A stretch of DNA of 64,000 nt from a virus (lineage: Duplodnaviria; Caudoviricetes), in the IMG/VR virus record IMGVR_UViG_3300035670_000009, positions 1-64,000 of that record. One strand, given 5' to 3'. Positions 54,017-63,501 of this stretch are shown here, piece after piece. The notes below the pieces were generated by a model, which had not been told where the DNA came from, did no database searches, and saw only the letters and a list, made by a program, of their open reading frames with translations. Positions within the stretch are counted from its first letter, which is position 1, and each line of letters begins with the position of its first letter. Both the position numbers and the translations under genes were made by a program.

Positions 54017-54375
54017 GGCGAACTCGTAGCTTCCTGACTTTTCTTGAACTCTTCGCTCAGGTCTTTCACGTAAATGCGCATTAACTTGAGCATCTTCTCG
54101 AAGAACACCGGGTGCTCCCGCATTATCCGCCTGGTGTCGGAGCTGTAAGGGCTCATTTCGCAAACCGTGTTGCCCGCGTGAACATAGGTCGTCATGTTGT
54201 CGGCGTGCCGGACAGGCTGAACCTTGATGAGGTTGCAAAAGTTGCCTAGGCCGATCGTCGTCGGACCCGAGACAGCGTTGCTGGCTGCATACACGGCGTC
54301 GGCGAATTCCTGCGCATGCGTGCGAATCAGGTCAATGCCGTCGTTGTAAATTGTCAGTGTGGTCAGGTTACCCAT
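54013..54375 (-). CDS. Hypothetical phage protein
   Basis: AGGAG RBS; MGNLTTLTIYND. Confidence 0.6.
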   Translation of the reverse strand: MGNLTTLTIYNDGIDLIRTHAQEFADAVYAASNAVSGPTTIGLGNFCNLIKVQPVRHADNMTTYVHAGNTVCEMSPYSSDTRRIMREHPVFFEKMLKLMRIYVKDLSEEFKKSQEATSSP

Positions 54376-54383
54376 GGGGCTCC

Positions 54384-55409
54384 TCAAAGAACTTGAGAGA
54401 TCAACGCGTGGATATCCTCACGTGAATAATCCGCCGGATCGCGTTCGTCCGGCAGATAGGCCAACCGGACGTCGGCGCCGCGGGCCTTGAGCAGCTCGGC
54501 GGCCTGCGCCATCTCGTTGCGGGCATCATAGTCGAGCATCAGGACTACGGGCTTGCTCATCCAGGTTGTGGCGAGCGTGATCTGCTGCCACAGACTCATT
54601 GTCTTGCCAAACAGGCAAACGGCCGGAGCCCCGATCCGCCAGACACTCGGCACGCCCTCAACCACAACGACATACGGCTCTTCGCGCGCCCGATCGTAGT
54701 TGTAGAGCATGCGGCTCTTCGAGCTGCCCGGGCAGTTGAAATACTTGGGCGCCCCAGTTCCGCCGAGCACGCGCCCTTGCCAACTCACCAGCTGCCCGTT
54801 GAACGTAATTGGAATGTAAATTCGGTTGAACATCACGCGATAAGCAGGTTCTTTGACATACGTGCAAACGCCAATCTGAAATTCGCGGTCAAGCGCCGTC
54901 GTGTCGAAATCTCGCGACCGCAGGTATTGCACGGCCGGATGAAAATCTGGCAGTCCGGCAACCGAACAAATTTCGCCCGGAGGCGCCACAGCCTTGTGAA
55001 CGAACTCTGCCGTGGCGGCTTTGATCGTGGCGCGTTTAATCAACCGCTTGCCGCCCCCGAAGATCAAGTCCTCGAGCTGTTCGCGCTTGCCAGGTTGGTC
55101 GATGCAGTTCTCGTTGTAGCAGACGGCCAGGTGCGTGTGTGTTCGTCGGTTGTTCTTGTAGTCTGCGCCGTAAAGATGGTTAATCCAAAGCCGCTGTCGG
55201 GTGTCTTTGCAAAACGGACAATTAACGCAATAGTATTCGCCCCAGGTATGTGCGCGCTCAATTACACGTCCCGGACGCAGCGGGTCGTTCATGCGCTGAA
55301 TGTGTGCAGAGACCCCCTCGTTGGCTATCTTCACCTCGCCGAATTTGTGCTCTAGCAGCGAGTAAAGCATGGAATTTAAAGGGTCAACGGCAGGCGCGGT
55401 CATTGTCAT
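54384..55409 (-). CDS. dnaG: DNA primase (Zn-finger + TOPRIM)
   Basis: CPFCKD...CYNENC, VSWQGR, KYFN, VVEG...MLDYD. Confidence 0.85.
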   Translation of the reverse strand: MTMTAPAVDPLNSMLYSLLEHKFGEVKIANEGVSAHIQRMNDPLRPGRVIERAHTWGEYYCVNCPFCKDTRQRLWINHLYGADYKNNRRTHTHLAVCYNENCIDQPGKREQLEDLIFGGGKRLIKRATIKAATAEFVHKAVAPPGEICSVAGLPDFHPAVQYLRSRDFDTTALDREFQIGVCTYVKEPAYRVMFNRIYIPITFNGQLVSWQGRVLGGTGAPKYFNCPGSSKSRMLYNYDRAREEPYVVVVEGVPSVWRIGAPAVCLFGKTMSLWQQITLATTWMSKPVVLMLDYDARNEMAQAAELLKARGADVRLAYLPDERDPADYSREDIHALISQVL

Positions 55410-55420
55410 GGTGGTCCTTT

Positions 55421-57100
55421 CTAGAAGCCGTCCGCAAAAGTATCAGTGTCCCACCCACGACGGCGATTGTTGTCTTCACGGCCTTCGCGCACGGGGGTCG
55501 CTACGCGAACTTCGTTTCGGCGCAAAATTGCGCGACTTGCCGAGTCAGCGATGTATTCATCGTTGACTAGGTGGACGTCCACAAGATGGTCATCCATGCG
55601 AATCAATCCGTGAGGCGTACCGCAAGGCGGAAGCCCTAGACGGATTTTGGACCAGTAAATCGTCGAAACCAACGTGGAAACATCCCGAATGTTAATGCAC
55701 ATGCAGGAATGAACGTTCTCGGCGAAACTTTTGGAACCAGACGCATCTAGGTGCGAAATGTATTCAAACGGTTTAATTTTCTTGCACTCGCCCGGCGCAA
55801 GCTGGTGCGCCAACACAACCGTGCACCGCATTGGAACCGCAATCGTCGTGCGAAGTTCGTCGGGGACTTTCTTAATCGGCCTAGTAATGGCGTTTTGTTC
55901 CGTCATCGCGCGTGTGTTTCCGGACGCCGAAATTTCGCGCTCAACAAGAATGCCCGCGTAATCCACACTAACACAACCAATCTCCATTCCGCGCTCATCC
56001 GATAACCGTTCCAGCGCAGATTTGATCTCTACTACGCCGCCAGCACCGCGACCACCCGTCGCCTCGTTGTAACTGAAATCAAGAAACACGAAGTTCCGAT
56101 TGAACCAATGCATGGCCGCTTCCCAGCGCTCTCGCTCTCCAAACATAATTTCGCCATTGCGGTTTTCCGGAAGGTTTCGGTCGTAGTCTTTAAGCTGGTT
56201 GCGGTCAGATAGCTCTGCCCAGAATCGTTCTCCCGCTGAAGTAAAAAGATTGCGGTCAATTCGCGCAGCAGCAGACCAAAAAAGCGGGCCCATACGCTCG
56301 GCGCCGTCTTCGTAACCCACAAACACTGAAAGCTTATTTTCACCCAGATTGGCGTAGAGCTCCGCCATGCGCACAGCGAAAGTAGCCAGAATCGTCGTCT
56401 TGCCGCCTGCATACGGACCAAGTACGCCAATCACGTCGCCGGGGCGAACGCCGCTGATGTACTGATCTATCCAAGGCAATCCGGTTGTAACCGCTGGCGG
56501 TGGCAACACAATAGGAGAGCCAAAACTCGGCATCGCTGCCGAATTCAATGTCGGCGTACCGATGTGGTCTACCCGCTGCGCCGCCCGGCCAAACCGCTCG
56601 AGCAGATTTTTGATCTGCGCTGGAACGGTATCTTCCGTAGACCGGTTCAGGATATTCTGCAGTTGCGGCTTGATGTACCGCACATTCATGAATCGTTTGA
56701 GCACGCTCTCGAGAAACTGGCGCTCTGCGCGCTGACCCGCGGCGTCAGGCAGCGGCGCGTCGAACGCCTCGTCGATAACGCCCTGCCCTTCGGCGGCTCC
56801 GAACAAGAAAACGATTTCCTGCGGGCTGAGAATGACAGCTTCTGTTTCGATCCACGATCCGATCTTAGTGAGCATCATGTCCTTGGTCACCGAGCGGAAC
56901 TCGTTGTAGAGGTCCCGCGCGGCTGAGAAAAGGACCAGGAACACCTGCTCGGTGTGCTTGAAATGCGACGCATTAAAATCCAGCTGCAGCGCCTCCTTGA
57001 GCAAGGAGGGATACCGCAAAAAGCCCTTGAAGAGCGAAAGGATTTCGTCACGCGTCAGCGCTGCGTCTTCTTGTTCAAATTGTCGCTGATCCGTCATGCG
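55421..57100 (-). CDS. dnaB: DnaB-like replicative helicase
   Basis: GPYAGGKTT Walker A, VGYED, SVDYAG Walker B, LAHQL; next to primase. Confidence 0.75.
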   Translation of the reverse strand, partial: RMTDQRQFEQEDAALTRDEILSLFKGFLRYPSLLKEALQLDFNASHFKHTEQVFLVLFSAARDLYNEFRSVTKDMMLTKIGSWIETEAVILSPQEIVFLFGAAEGQGVIDEAFDAPLPDAAGQRAERQFLESVLKRFMNVRYIKPQLQNILNRSTEDTVPAQIKNLLERFGRAAQRVDHIGTPTLNSAAMPSFGSPIVLPPPAVTTGLPWIDQYISGVRPGDVIGVLGPYAGGKTTILATFAVRMAELYANLGENKLSVFVGYEDGAERMGPLFWSAAARIDRNLFTSAGERFWAELSDRNQLKDYDRNLPENRNGEIMFGERERWEAAMHWFNRNFVFLDFSYNEATGGRGAGGVVEIKSALERLSDERGMEIGCVSVDYAGILVEREISASGNTRAMTEQNAITRPIKKVPDELRTTIAVPMRCTVVLAHQLAPGECKKIKPFEYISHLDASGSKSFAENVHSCMCINIRDVSTLVSTIYWSKIRLGLPPCGTPHGLIRMDDHLVDVHLVNDEYIADSASRAILRRNEVRVATPVREGREDNNRRRGWDTDTFADGF

Positions 57101-57825
57101 AACGCTCTCCAATGCTGCCTAATTTCTAATGCGGCTGCGCGCAACGCAGGTGTGACGCACCACGACTCAACAGCCGTGTCGTAAATGCGCTGCTGCGCCT
57201 CGTAATCCAGCGCGGCGAGCCATAGATATCTTTCCACGCCGCGCGAGTTTTCCAGCTGATGCGCAAAGGCATGCCGGAAAAACGGGCTGGCCGAGACGTA
57301 GCCCTCGTCGCAAAGAACGTAGAAAACCTGGTCGTCAGGGGCCAGGTTTAGCGCCTGCGTGCCGCGGATGCGATTAGCGATCGTCGCTCCGGCTACGTCA
57401 AAGCTGTACTTGAGCATCTTCGGCAAGGCCTGAAGATACTCTTGGTAAATTGCGGGAGATTGCGCGCCATACAACCGGCTTGGCCGCATGTCCGGAACAA
57501 TATGCGTCTGCGCAACCTGTCGCGCATACTGCACGCCTGAAAAGTGCGCAGCCACGTAAAGCCCGGGGTCGGCTCGCGACGCGCGCACCGCGTCCGCGAT
57601 CTTTTGCCATACAGCTGTACGTTTAACGCCGTACGCGTCTTTACCGCCATCCCAACTGACGCGCCGTCGATTATGAACTGGCGCATCCCAATCCGGCTCA
57701 TTTTCGTAATGCCGGACAAACTGATACCGCAGATAGGCAGTCAGTTGATGTGCTTGAAGCGTTAAATGCCAATCCGGGGATAGGTCAATCTCCGCCAATG
57801 CCGCGCCAGCTTCTCTGCGCTTCAT
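57094..57825 (-). CDS. Hypothetical protein
   Basis: ORF in replication operon. Confidence 0.55.
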   Translation of the reverse strand: MKRREAGAALAEIDLSPDWHLTLQAHQLTAYLRYQFVRHYENEPDWDAPVHNRRRVSWDGGKDAYGVKRTAVWQKIADAVRASRADPGLYVAAHFSGVQYARQVAQTHIVPDMRPSRLYGAQSPAIYQEYLQALPKMLKYSFDVAGATIANRIRGTQALNLAPDDQVFYVLCDEGYVSASPFFRHAFAHQLENSRGVERYLWLAALDYEAQQRIYDTAVESWCVTPALRAAALEIRQHWRAFA

Positions 57826-60331
57826 GCCAATTCTGCTCCCATCCCAATAGCTTGTAGCTGTTTCGACGACCAAGGCTTTTTCGATAAAAAGTTGGGTCGA
57901 ACGTGTCCATGCAGTCGAGTACTTCTCCGTACTCCTTGCGGGTTCCATCCGGCGCTGTGTAAATGCGGCTCACGCGGCCCGGCCCCTGAACGTCGACGAT
58001 ATCGCTGTCGCGGTCGTCGGCGCGGACCAGTACGTTGAGCTGCTCAAAGTCGACGCCCGTAGACCACACATCCGTAGCGATGACACGACGCAGTTCGCCC
58101 GACTCGAACTGGGCGCGCATGTTGTGCTTTTCGATTTCACTGAGCGGCGTGTAATTTTCGGGCAACAGTTTGTGCTTTCTGTACGCCGCGCAATCAGCGG
58201 GCGACATCGAGCCGTAGACCAGCCGAAAATCCGGTAACTGCGCGCCCAGGTGAACTGCATGTTCAATCGTTTCAACCAAGATCAAGATCTGATGCGTGTC
58301 GGGATAGTCCCGAACGGCGGCGGCGATGATAGAGTTGCGCTCGTGGTTTGTCCAGATTCCGTGTCGCTTGCGGGCTACACGGTTGCTGAATCGCTCAGCT
58401 GGGTTGGTCAACAACCGCATCGGCAGCCACTTGACCCGCACCGGCACGACCAGCCCCAGATCAACGGCCTGCTGATATGTGAGCTCAAACACCATCGGCC
58501 CAAAGAGCGGCTCGAGCACGTTGTGCGCGTTGTCCATCCGAGCATAGGGCGTAGCCGACATGCCAAAGTTCCGCGAATTGCGGTAGCGACTGGCGAGCGT
58601 TGTCGAAAAATTGATCGTCGCCAGCTGGTGAACTTCGTCGGCAAACAGAAAGTCTGCGTCGCCATCGGCGTGCTGCAACGAACCCGCGGTGATAATCGTT
58701 ACTCGTTGTCGCTCGCGCCAGCCGTCGCCAATCATGCCGACCTTGGGAACAAATCGCCGCAAACTGCGCTTGATCCGCTCGGCCACGTCGACGCTTTTGG
58801 TCACAACGTCAATGCGGGCCTCGGGGAAAAGCAGCGCGGCAGCGCCGATCAAAGTTGTATTGTGCGTGACGGTGTAGTCGCGCGTAAGGTACAACCCGTC
58901 GTCGGCGCTGACAGAAATGCAAGCGCACGGCATTTGACCTGCGGGGCGGATGGCCACAATTGCCTTGGTCTTGCCCTGCTTAGTTTTTGCGCGCCAATGT
59001 TTCGCTTTGCGCGGCAACCAAAAGGGATTTACGGGCAAATTCACGGCCACGCGCCAGTACGTTTTGCCAGGCTGTGCCGCGTATTCTTGTGATTTGACCC
59101 GCGTCACGCCGCCCAGCGACCGCACAAGGTCGCAGACGTCCTCGGCTAACTGTTTGGACGCGACGGGACCAAACTCGACGTGATAATTGCGTTTACGCAA
59201 CGTGCCGTCCGTGTCCATCAGGCCGCGCAACAGTTCAAGCCGCTGCTCGTAGCTGGCGTGCTTGTAAATTTCCGGGATCTTCTTGTCATGCGACAAAACG
59301 CACACGCCGAGCTGTTCAAGCGCTGTCTTGAGAAGATTTTCGCGTTTCTTGATGCCGTGCGTAATTCGCCAGTCGTGTCCGGCAATGTACGCCGTAAACA
59401 AATCAAACGGCGCCACAAGTTGCTCAACACGATCGACAATTTCGGGATCGTCGGTGCTGAACCGAACGCCGCTTTGCGTCAACCCGCCATCCCCCAGCAA
59501 AACGCCGAGAAGATACGGATCGACCGGCAACTCGCGCCGCTGAAAACGGACGGGGCCGGTCACCGGGACAAACCACTTCTTGTTGCCCTGGTTATCAAAC
59601 AGGTCGTCGACCAACTCGCCAATAGCAACGGCGCAAAAGCCCTGTTTCCGGTGCTTTTGCGTTTTGGTTTGCACGTTCCACAGATGCTCTTTGCAGCACT
59701 GCACCACAGAACCATCCGAAAATTCAACCTCGACGATATCCTTCACGCCTTGCGGGTAGACGCCCGTCACTTCTGTGGGGTATCCGTTCGCGCCGATGAC
59801 GTAGTCGCCCGGCTGAAGGGCACCGAGCGGCACAGGACCAATGGGCGTATACACGGTTTCGGTGAGCGGTTGCGCTTTCCCGAACCCGGTGACGGCCTTG
59901 ATAACGCCGCACGGCACGCGAGCGATCGTTTGAAGGCACTCTTCCTGGCGGGCGCGAAACTCGATGCGGCTGCGCAGGTTGTCCCACTGCGGCACGAAAC
60001 AATTGGGCCGTTTACGTTCAGGTGAGATGTCTCGTAATGACGTCTGACACCCGAGCTTTCTGAGCCGCCCGACCATCCGCGCTAAATAACCAGCCAAAAC
60101 GATCACTTTGCCATTCTCGATCCGGTGCAGCTTGTACTCTTTAGTCTGGTAGTACATCTTCTGCCCGGTAATTGGGTCGCGGCGGCCCTGCCCGCCCTGG
60201 ACCGCCTCCATATGCTCGTACCGCAAGTCGAACGTGAGGCGTTTGATCAACGCCTGTTCGAGCGGTCCGCCGTCAGAACCCGACAGAGTGAGCACGTTGC
60301 CGCTACGAGTAATCAGCACAGGTTGCTGCAT
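57785..60331 (-). CDS. SF2 (UvsW/DEAD-like) helicase with intein in Walker A
   Basis: VTGFGK|T split by intein, ADEVH, GMSATP, ATDVWSTGVD, VQGPGRVSR. Confidence 0.85.
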   Translation of the reverse strand: MQQPVLITRSGNVLTLSGSDGGPLEQALIKRLTFDLRYEHMEAVQGGQGRRDPITGQKMYYQTKEYKLHRIENGKVIVLAGYLARMVGRLRKLGCQTSLRDISPERKRPNCFVPQWDNLRSRIEFRARQEECLQTIARVPCGVIKAVTGFGKAQPLTETVYTPIGPVPLGALQPGDYVIGANGYPTEVTGVYPQGVKDIVEVEFSDGSVVQCCKEHLWNVQTKTQKHRKQGFCAVAIGELVDDLFDNQGNKKWFVPVTGPVRFQRRELPVDPYLLGVLLGDGGLTQSGVRFSTDDPEIVDRVEQLVAPFDLFTAYIAGHDWRITHGIKKRENLLKTALEQLGVCVLSHDKKIPEIYKHASYEQRLELLRGLMDTDGTLRKRNYHVEFGPVASKQLAEDVCDLVRSLGGVTRVKSQEYAAQPGKTYWRVAVNLPVNPFWLPRKAKHWRAKTKQGKTKAIVAIRPAGQMPCACISVSADDGLYLTRDYTVTHNTTLIGAAALLFPEARIDVVTKSVDVAERIKRSLRRFVPKVGMIGDGWRERQRVTIITAGSLQHADGDADFLFADEVHQLATINFSTTLASRYRNSRNFGMSATPYARMDNAHNVLEPLFGPMVFELTYQQAVDLGLVVPVRVKWLPMRLLTNPAERFSNRVARKRHGIWTNHERNSIIAAAVRDYPDTHQILILVETIEHAVHLGAQLPDFRLVYGSMSPADCAAYRKHKLLPENYTPLSEIEKHNMRAQFESGELRRVIATDVWSTGVDFEQLNVLVRADDRDSDIVDVQGPGRVSRIYTAPDGTRKEYGEVLDCMDTFDPTFYRKSLGRRNSYKLLGWEQNWHEAQRSWRGIGGD
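58859..59875 (-). mobile_element. 339-aa intein with LAGLIDADG homing endonuclease (Ala1, class 3 signature)
   Basis: Starts AQPL, ends VTHN before Thr+1; HLW in block B, Cys in block F; LLGVLLGDG and LLRGLMDTDG. Confidence 0.9.
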
Positions 60332-60332
60332 G

Positions 60333-60830
60333 TTAGCTGGCGTTGAGCCCTGGTCCGGCGACGGGTTCGATTGAAACAATTTCAAATGTCCCATATTTTT
60401 CGCTGTCGTTGTTAAACGGTGAAAACCCCTTGTACTTGCCAATGAGTGTGAGCATGTGCTCAAAATCACTGATTGAGATCTCTTCGGGCAAAACGGCAGA
60501 GATTGTTGCAGTGTCGCCAGGTCGAAACGCTTCGTGTACCACAAAATGACTTTTGGTTTGCGGGCCGCCCTGCGTCACAACTGTGCGGCGCCAATCGTTA
60601 CAGGGTTCGCCGCCTACTACTGGGCAGAAATCGATTTTTTTGACTGCAGATTGATGCCGGTTGGCCAGTTTCGCCGCATATCGCATAAGACTGGCCCAGG
60701 CGCTGGGTAAAAACATGACGCGACCGTTCGGATCGCGTTCAAACGCAAATACGGTCTGGCCGTGTCGCCGCCGTTTAGCTGCGCCCAGCGCCACACGGTT
60801 GAAACGCAGCGTGACAGTAACTTCTTGCAT
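60333..60830 (-). CDS. Hypothetical protein
   Basis: ORF in operon. Confidence 0.55.
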   Translation of the reverse strand: MQEVTVTLRFNRVALGAAKRRRHGQTVFAFERDPNGRVMFLPSAWASLMRYAAKLANRHQSAVKKIDFCPVVGGEPCNDWRRTVVTQGGPQTKSHFVVHEAFRPGDTATISAVLPEEISISDFEHMLTLIGKYKGFSPFNNDSEKYGTFEIVSIEPVAGPGLNAS

Positions 60831-60835
60831 AGATA

Positions 60836-61198
60836 TCAATCCGCATTTTGTCGCGACATCCAATCACGGATCTTTTTGACAGCCTCGATGAGGTGCGCCA
60901 TCCGCTCATCGTCATCGAATATGCCGTCTCCACGAGGATGCGCCTCGTGAACCGTCTCGCCGCTGTAGTCCGGACAGGATACCCGGAACCAACCGTGTCG
61001 CAGCCGAAGATACCCCACTTGTCGCTCGCCGTCGAATACGTCGTACTGCTCTGGGCAGGCGCCGCTGGTGCAGACAAACTTTAAGCCGTCGATCTCGAGG
61101 TTCTCGGGCCACCTGAACTGGTCCAGGCCGAGTTCCTGATCAAGCGCGGAAAGCTCGTTCAGCGCCTTCAGGCGCGGGTCTTGATTGTCGGTCATCAA
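60836..61198 (-). CDS. Hypothetical phage protein
   Basis: ACPEQYDV...VGYLRLRHG motif; GGAGG RBS. Confidence 0.6.
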   Translation of the reverse strand: MMTDNQDPRLKALNELSALDQELGLDQFRWPENLEIDGLKFVCTSGACPEQYDVFDGERQVGYLRLRHGWFRVSCPDYSGETVHEAHPRGDGIFDDDERMAHLIEAVKKIRDWMSRQNAD

Positions 61199-62007
61199 TC
61201 CTCCTGTTGTTTGTTATTCAGCTCTGGTATGAGCGTGACTTCGGCGCACCGCCCGCGGCCGCCTTTTTCAATTCTGAGCAAACCGGCTTTCTCCAAAGCG
61301 TGAATGCCCCGGCGGGCTTGGTCGTTTGACAGCCCCATCGACCGACGGAGGAAAGCATTGACGCGAATAGGCAGCGGTTGACCCCGGCGCAAACCGTGCT
61401 TGAACCACAGCGCAATTCCGACGGTCACAGCCGATTTGCTGATTTTTGCCGCATTCAACAGCCACTCCATGGGCGGTTTGCTGCCGAGATACAGTGGCTT
61501 TTTTCTTTTTGGCGGCGAGGTCGTTTTCGATTGCGCGCCGCGCCACTGCACGAGGTTTCCTGCACGTTTCCAGAGCTCTGCAACATCTGTGTTGATAAAA
61601 AAAGGAAGATCAAACACACCCGCACCAGCGCCGTGGCTCATTTCAAACACAGTCACAGTTGGGTCAACTCCAAACCCCGCACCGGCGTTTGCGTCAATTT
61701 TTTCCACTTGTCCCGTGAAATCGTTGTAACGCTGCCCATACGCCCAAGTCATGCACGGGTGATTCTTGAAATCTGCCGCGTCGAAGTACGGTTTCACTTC
61801 GACAAACAACGTGTGACAATCGGGGCATTCAGAATGGCCGCATGGAAATTTAAGCCAAAAATCCGGCGTCCAACCGTAAAGGTCGATTGACTCATATTGC
61901 CATTCAAAACCGCAAAGATCGAAGAACGCGGCCCAGCGCGCTTCAAGCCGCGAGCGAAACATAACGCCGTTGTATTGCGTCGGGTGCGCTTTGAATTTGT
62001 ACTTCAC
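61195..62007 (-). CDS. PD-(D/E)xK nuclease-like domain fused to C-terminal winged HTH
   Basis: FRSRLEARWA, WQYE, TPDFWL, VEVKP; GLSNDQARRGIHALEKAGLL. Confidence 0.65.
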   Translation of the reverse strand: MKYKFKAHPTQYNGVMFRSRLEARWAAFFDLCGFEWQYESIDLYGWTPDFWLKFPCGHSECPDCHTLFVEVKPYFDAADFKNHPCMTWAYGQRYNDFTGQVEKIDANAGAGFGVDPTVTVFEMSHGAGAGVFDLPFFINTDVAELWKRAGNLVQWRGAQSKTTSPPKRKKPLYLGSKPPMEWLLNAAKISKSAVTVGIALWFKHGLRRGQPLPIRVNAFLRRSMGLSNDQARRGIHALEKAGLLRIEKGGRGRCAEVTLIPELNNKQQED

Positions 62008-62573
62008 TCACTCACCGACATGAATCGCACGGGAAGGCTCTGCCGTGCCAGCTTTTCGGGGTATCCGTTGTCAATCATCCACTGCCGCATATCTGGATGC
62101 TCTTTTCGGTTCCAGATCTTTGGAAACCCATATCGCCAGCCGCTCGGCGGGTCGACCCAAACTTCTTCGGCATCCATCCATGACGTGTCGGGCGCGGGCT
62201 TTTCCGGCAGTTTTTTTGATTCCACTGTTGGTCGATTTCTTGGCGCGTTTGGCGCGAGAGCTTCGGCTTCCGCTTCTGACATACCATAGTCGTCTGACTG
62301 CGCCTCTCGTACGACCGTCAACATACGCGCTGTTAACGCCTGCTGCTCTTCCTCGTCGCGCGAAAGTTCTAGTTCATCAAACACCTCTGGGCAGGCTCTG
62401 GCAGCCACATGCAGCTCATACAGCCCCGGAAAGTGCCGCAGAATAGCCAAAGCTTCAGCGCGGACGGCGCTGGGAATTTTTTTGAAACCGCCCGCAACAT
62501 AAGGACTGGTCAATTGCTTCAAAAACTGCGCCGCGCTGATCACAGCTCGTGTGCGTTGATTAGGCAACGTCAT
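62004..62573 (-). CDS. Two-module hypothetical protein (MTLPxxRTRA...LRHFP N-module; WVDPPSGWRYGFPK C-module)
   Basis: Both motifs resemble recurrent small phage proteins (from recall). Confidence 0.55.
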   Translation of the reverse strand: MTLPNQRTRAVISAAQFLKQLTSPYVAGGFKKIPSAVRAEALAILRHFPGLYELHVAARACPEVFDELELSRDEEEQQALTARMLTVVREAQSDDYGMSEAEAEALAPNAPRNRPTVESKKLPEKPAPDTSWMDAEEVWVDPPSGWRYGFPKIWNRKEHPDMRQWMIDNGYPEKLARQSLPVRFMSVSE

Positions 62574-63501
62574 TCATGAACCTTTCATATGTCTCTCGCT
62601 CGCTTGGCGTTTTAAAAAACAACTCAGGCGCAAATAACCCATCTCTTGCGCCTTTTCGTTTGTCAATGGCGTCCAACCAGTTGTAACGCAAATAACGCAA
62701 GAACGCCTGGTTTGCCCGCAGATCACCCCGCGGACCCATTCCCGAAGCGGCGTAGATGCGGTAAAGAAAATTGCGCGGATCGGCAAAGTTAACCGCGTCG
62801 GGGTGCTGGGTCTTCCAGGATTCAAGAACTGCTGCGCACCGCAACTCGCGCGATTTCACCAATAACTGCGTCTCGTCAGAAACGCGCCGCTGGACCGCAG
62901 GCGTCAGCCCCATGAACAACTCAAGTTTGCCTTGCCGTTCCGGAGCCCGCCGGTCAACGTACCAACGAGGATCGACGATGAGCTGCACTACCTGCGCGGC
63001 ATTAAACGCAGACAACGTAGGAATGTAAGAAAGCGCGCGAAATACCGGATGCGCGCTAAAGTACGTCGCGGCGACAGAATCAAATGTCCCGCTGGTTCGG
63101 CGAAACCGCGCGATTAACGCATAGGTTAGATAATCCGCTTCATTGGCCGTGTGCCATCCGCCGCAAGCGCTAGCCAGCGACGTAGACCGCATCCGATAAA
63201 AGACGGTTTCTGGATCATCAAGCTCGTCGCGCGTTTCACAAATATTAGGCCCGGCGATCTCGATTGATACAACCTCGCGTTTGTGCCGCCGCAAATACAA
63301 CGCCGTTATCAGTTCGGCATTTTGCGGCACTCCCAACACGCGCACGCGCAGGCCGATTCCGCTGATCACTGGCGAGAGCAAAAACGCGTCGAGAATTTTT
63401 CCGGAATTTTGCGCCGCATTAATTGCCGCCGCGTACCAGACGTTGCCGTGCCTATCAATGTGAAGCTTGAGCGAAGTTTCATCCGTTTGTAAGGGCATGA
63501 C
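62560..63501 (-). CDS. Protein with IS110-transposase C-terminal-like segment
   Basis: ALSYIPTLSAFNAAQVVQLIVDPRWY...KLELFMGLTP resembles L.SIPGIG...A..L..EIGD..RF...L.AY.GLxP. Confidence 0.45.
   Translation of the reverse strand, partial: VMPLQTDETSLKLHIDRHGNVWYAAAINAAQNSGKILDAFLLSPVISGIGLRVRVLGVPQNAELITALYLRRHKREVVSIEIAGPNICETRDELDDPETVFYRMRSTSLASACGGWHTANEADYLTYALIARFRRTSGTFDSVAATYFSAHPVFRALSYIPTLSAFNAAQVVQLIVDPRWYVDRRAPERQGKLELFMGLTPAVQRRVSDETQLLVKSRELRCAAVLESWKTQHPDAVNFADPRNFLYRIYAASGMGPRGDLRANQAFLRYLRYNWLDAIDKRKGARDGLFAPELFFKTPSERETYERFMNDVA

Noticed and set aside
54017-54238. Extended N-termini from the ORF track (also 8376 ORF from 11234 and helicase from 60544)
   Set aside because: These extensions overlap upstream genes; downstream ATGs with stop/start coupling or RBS are more plausible.
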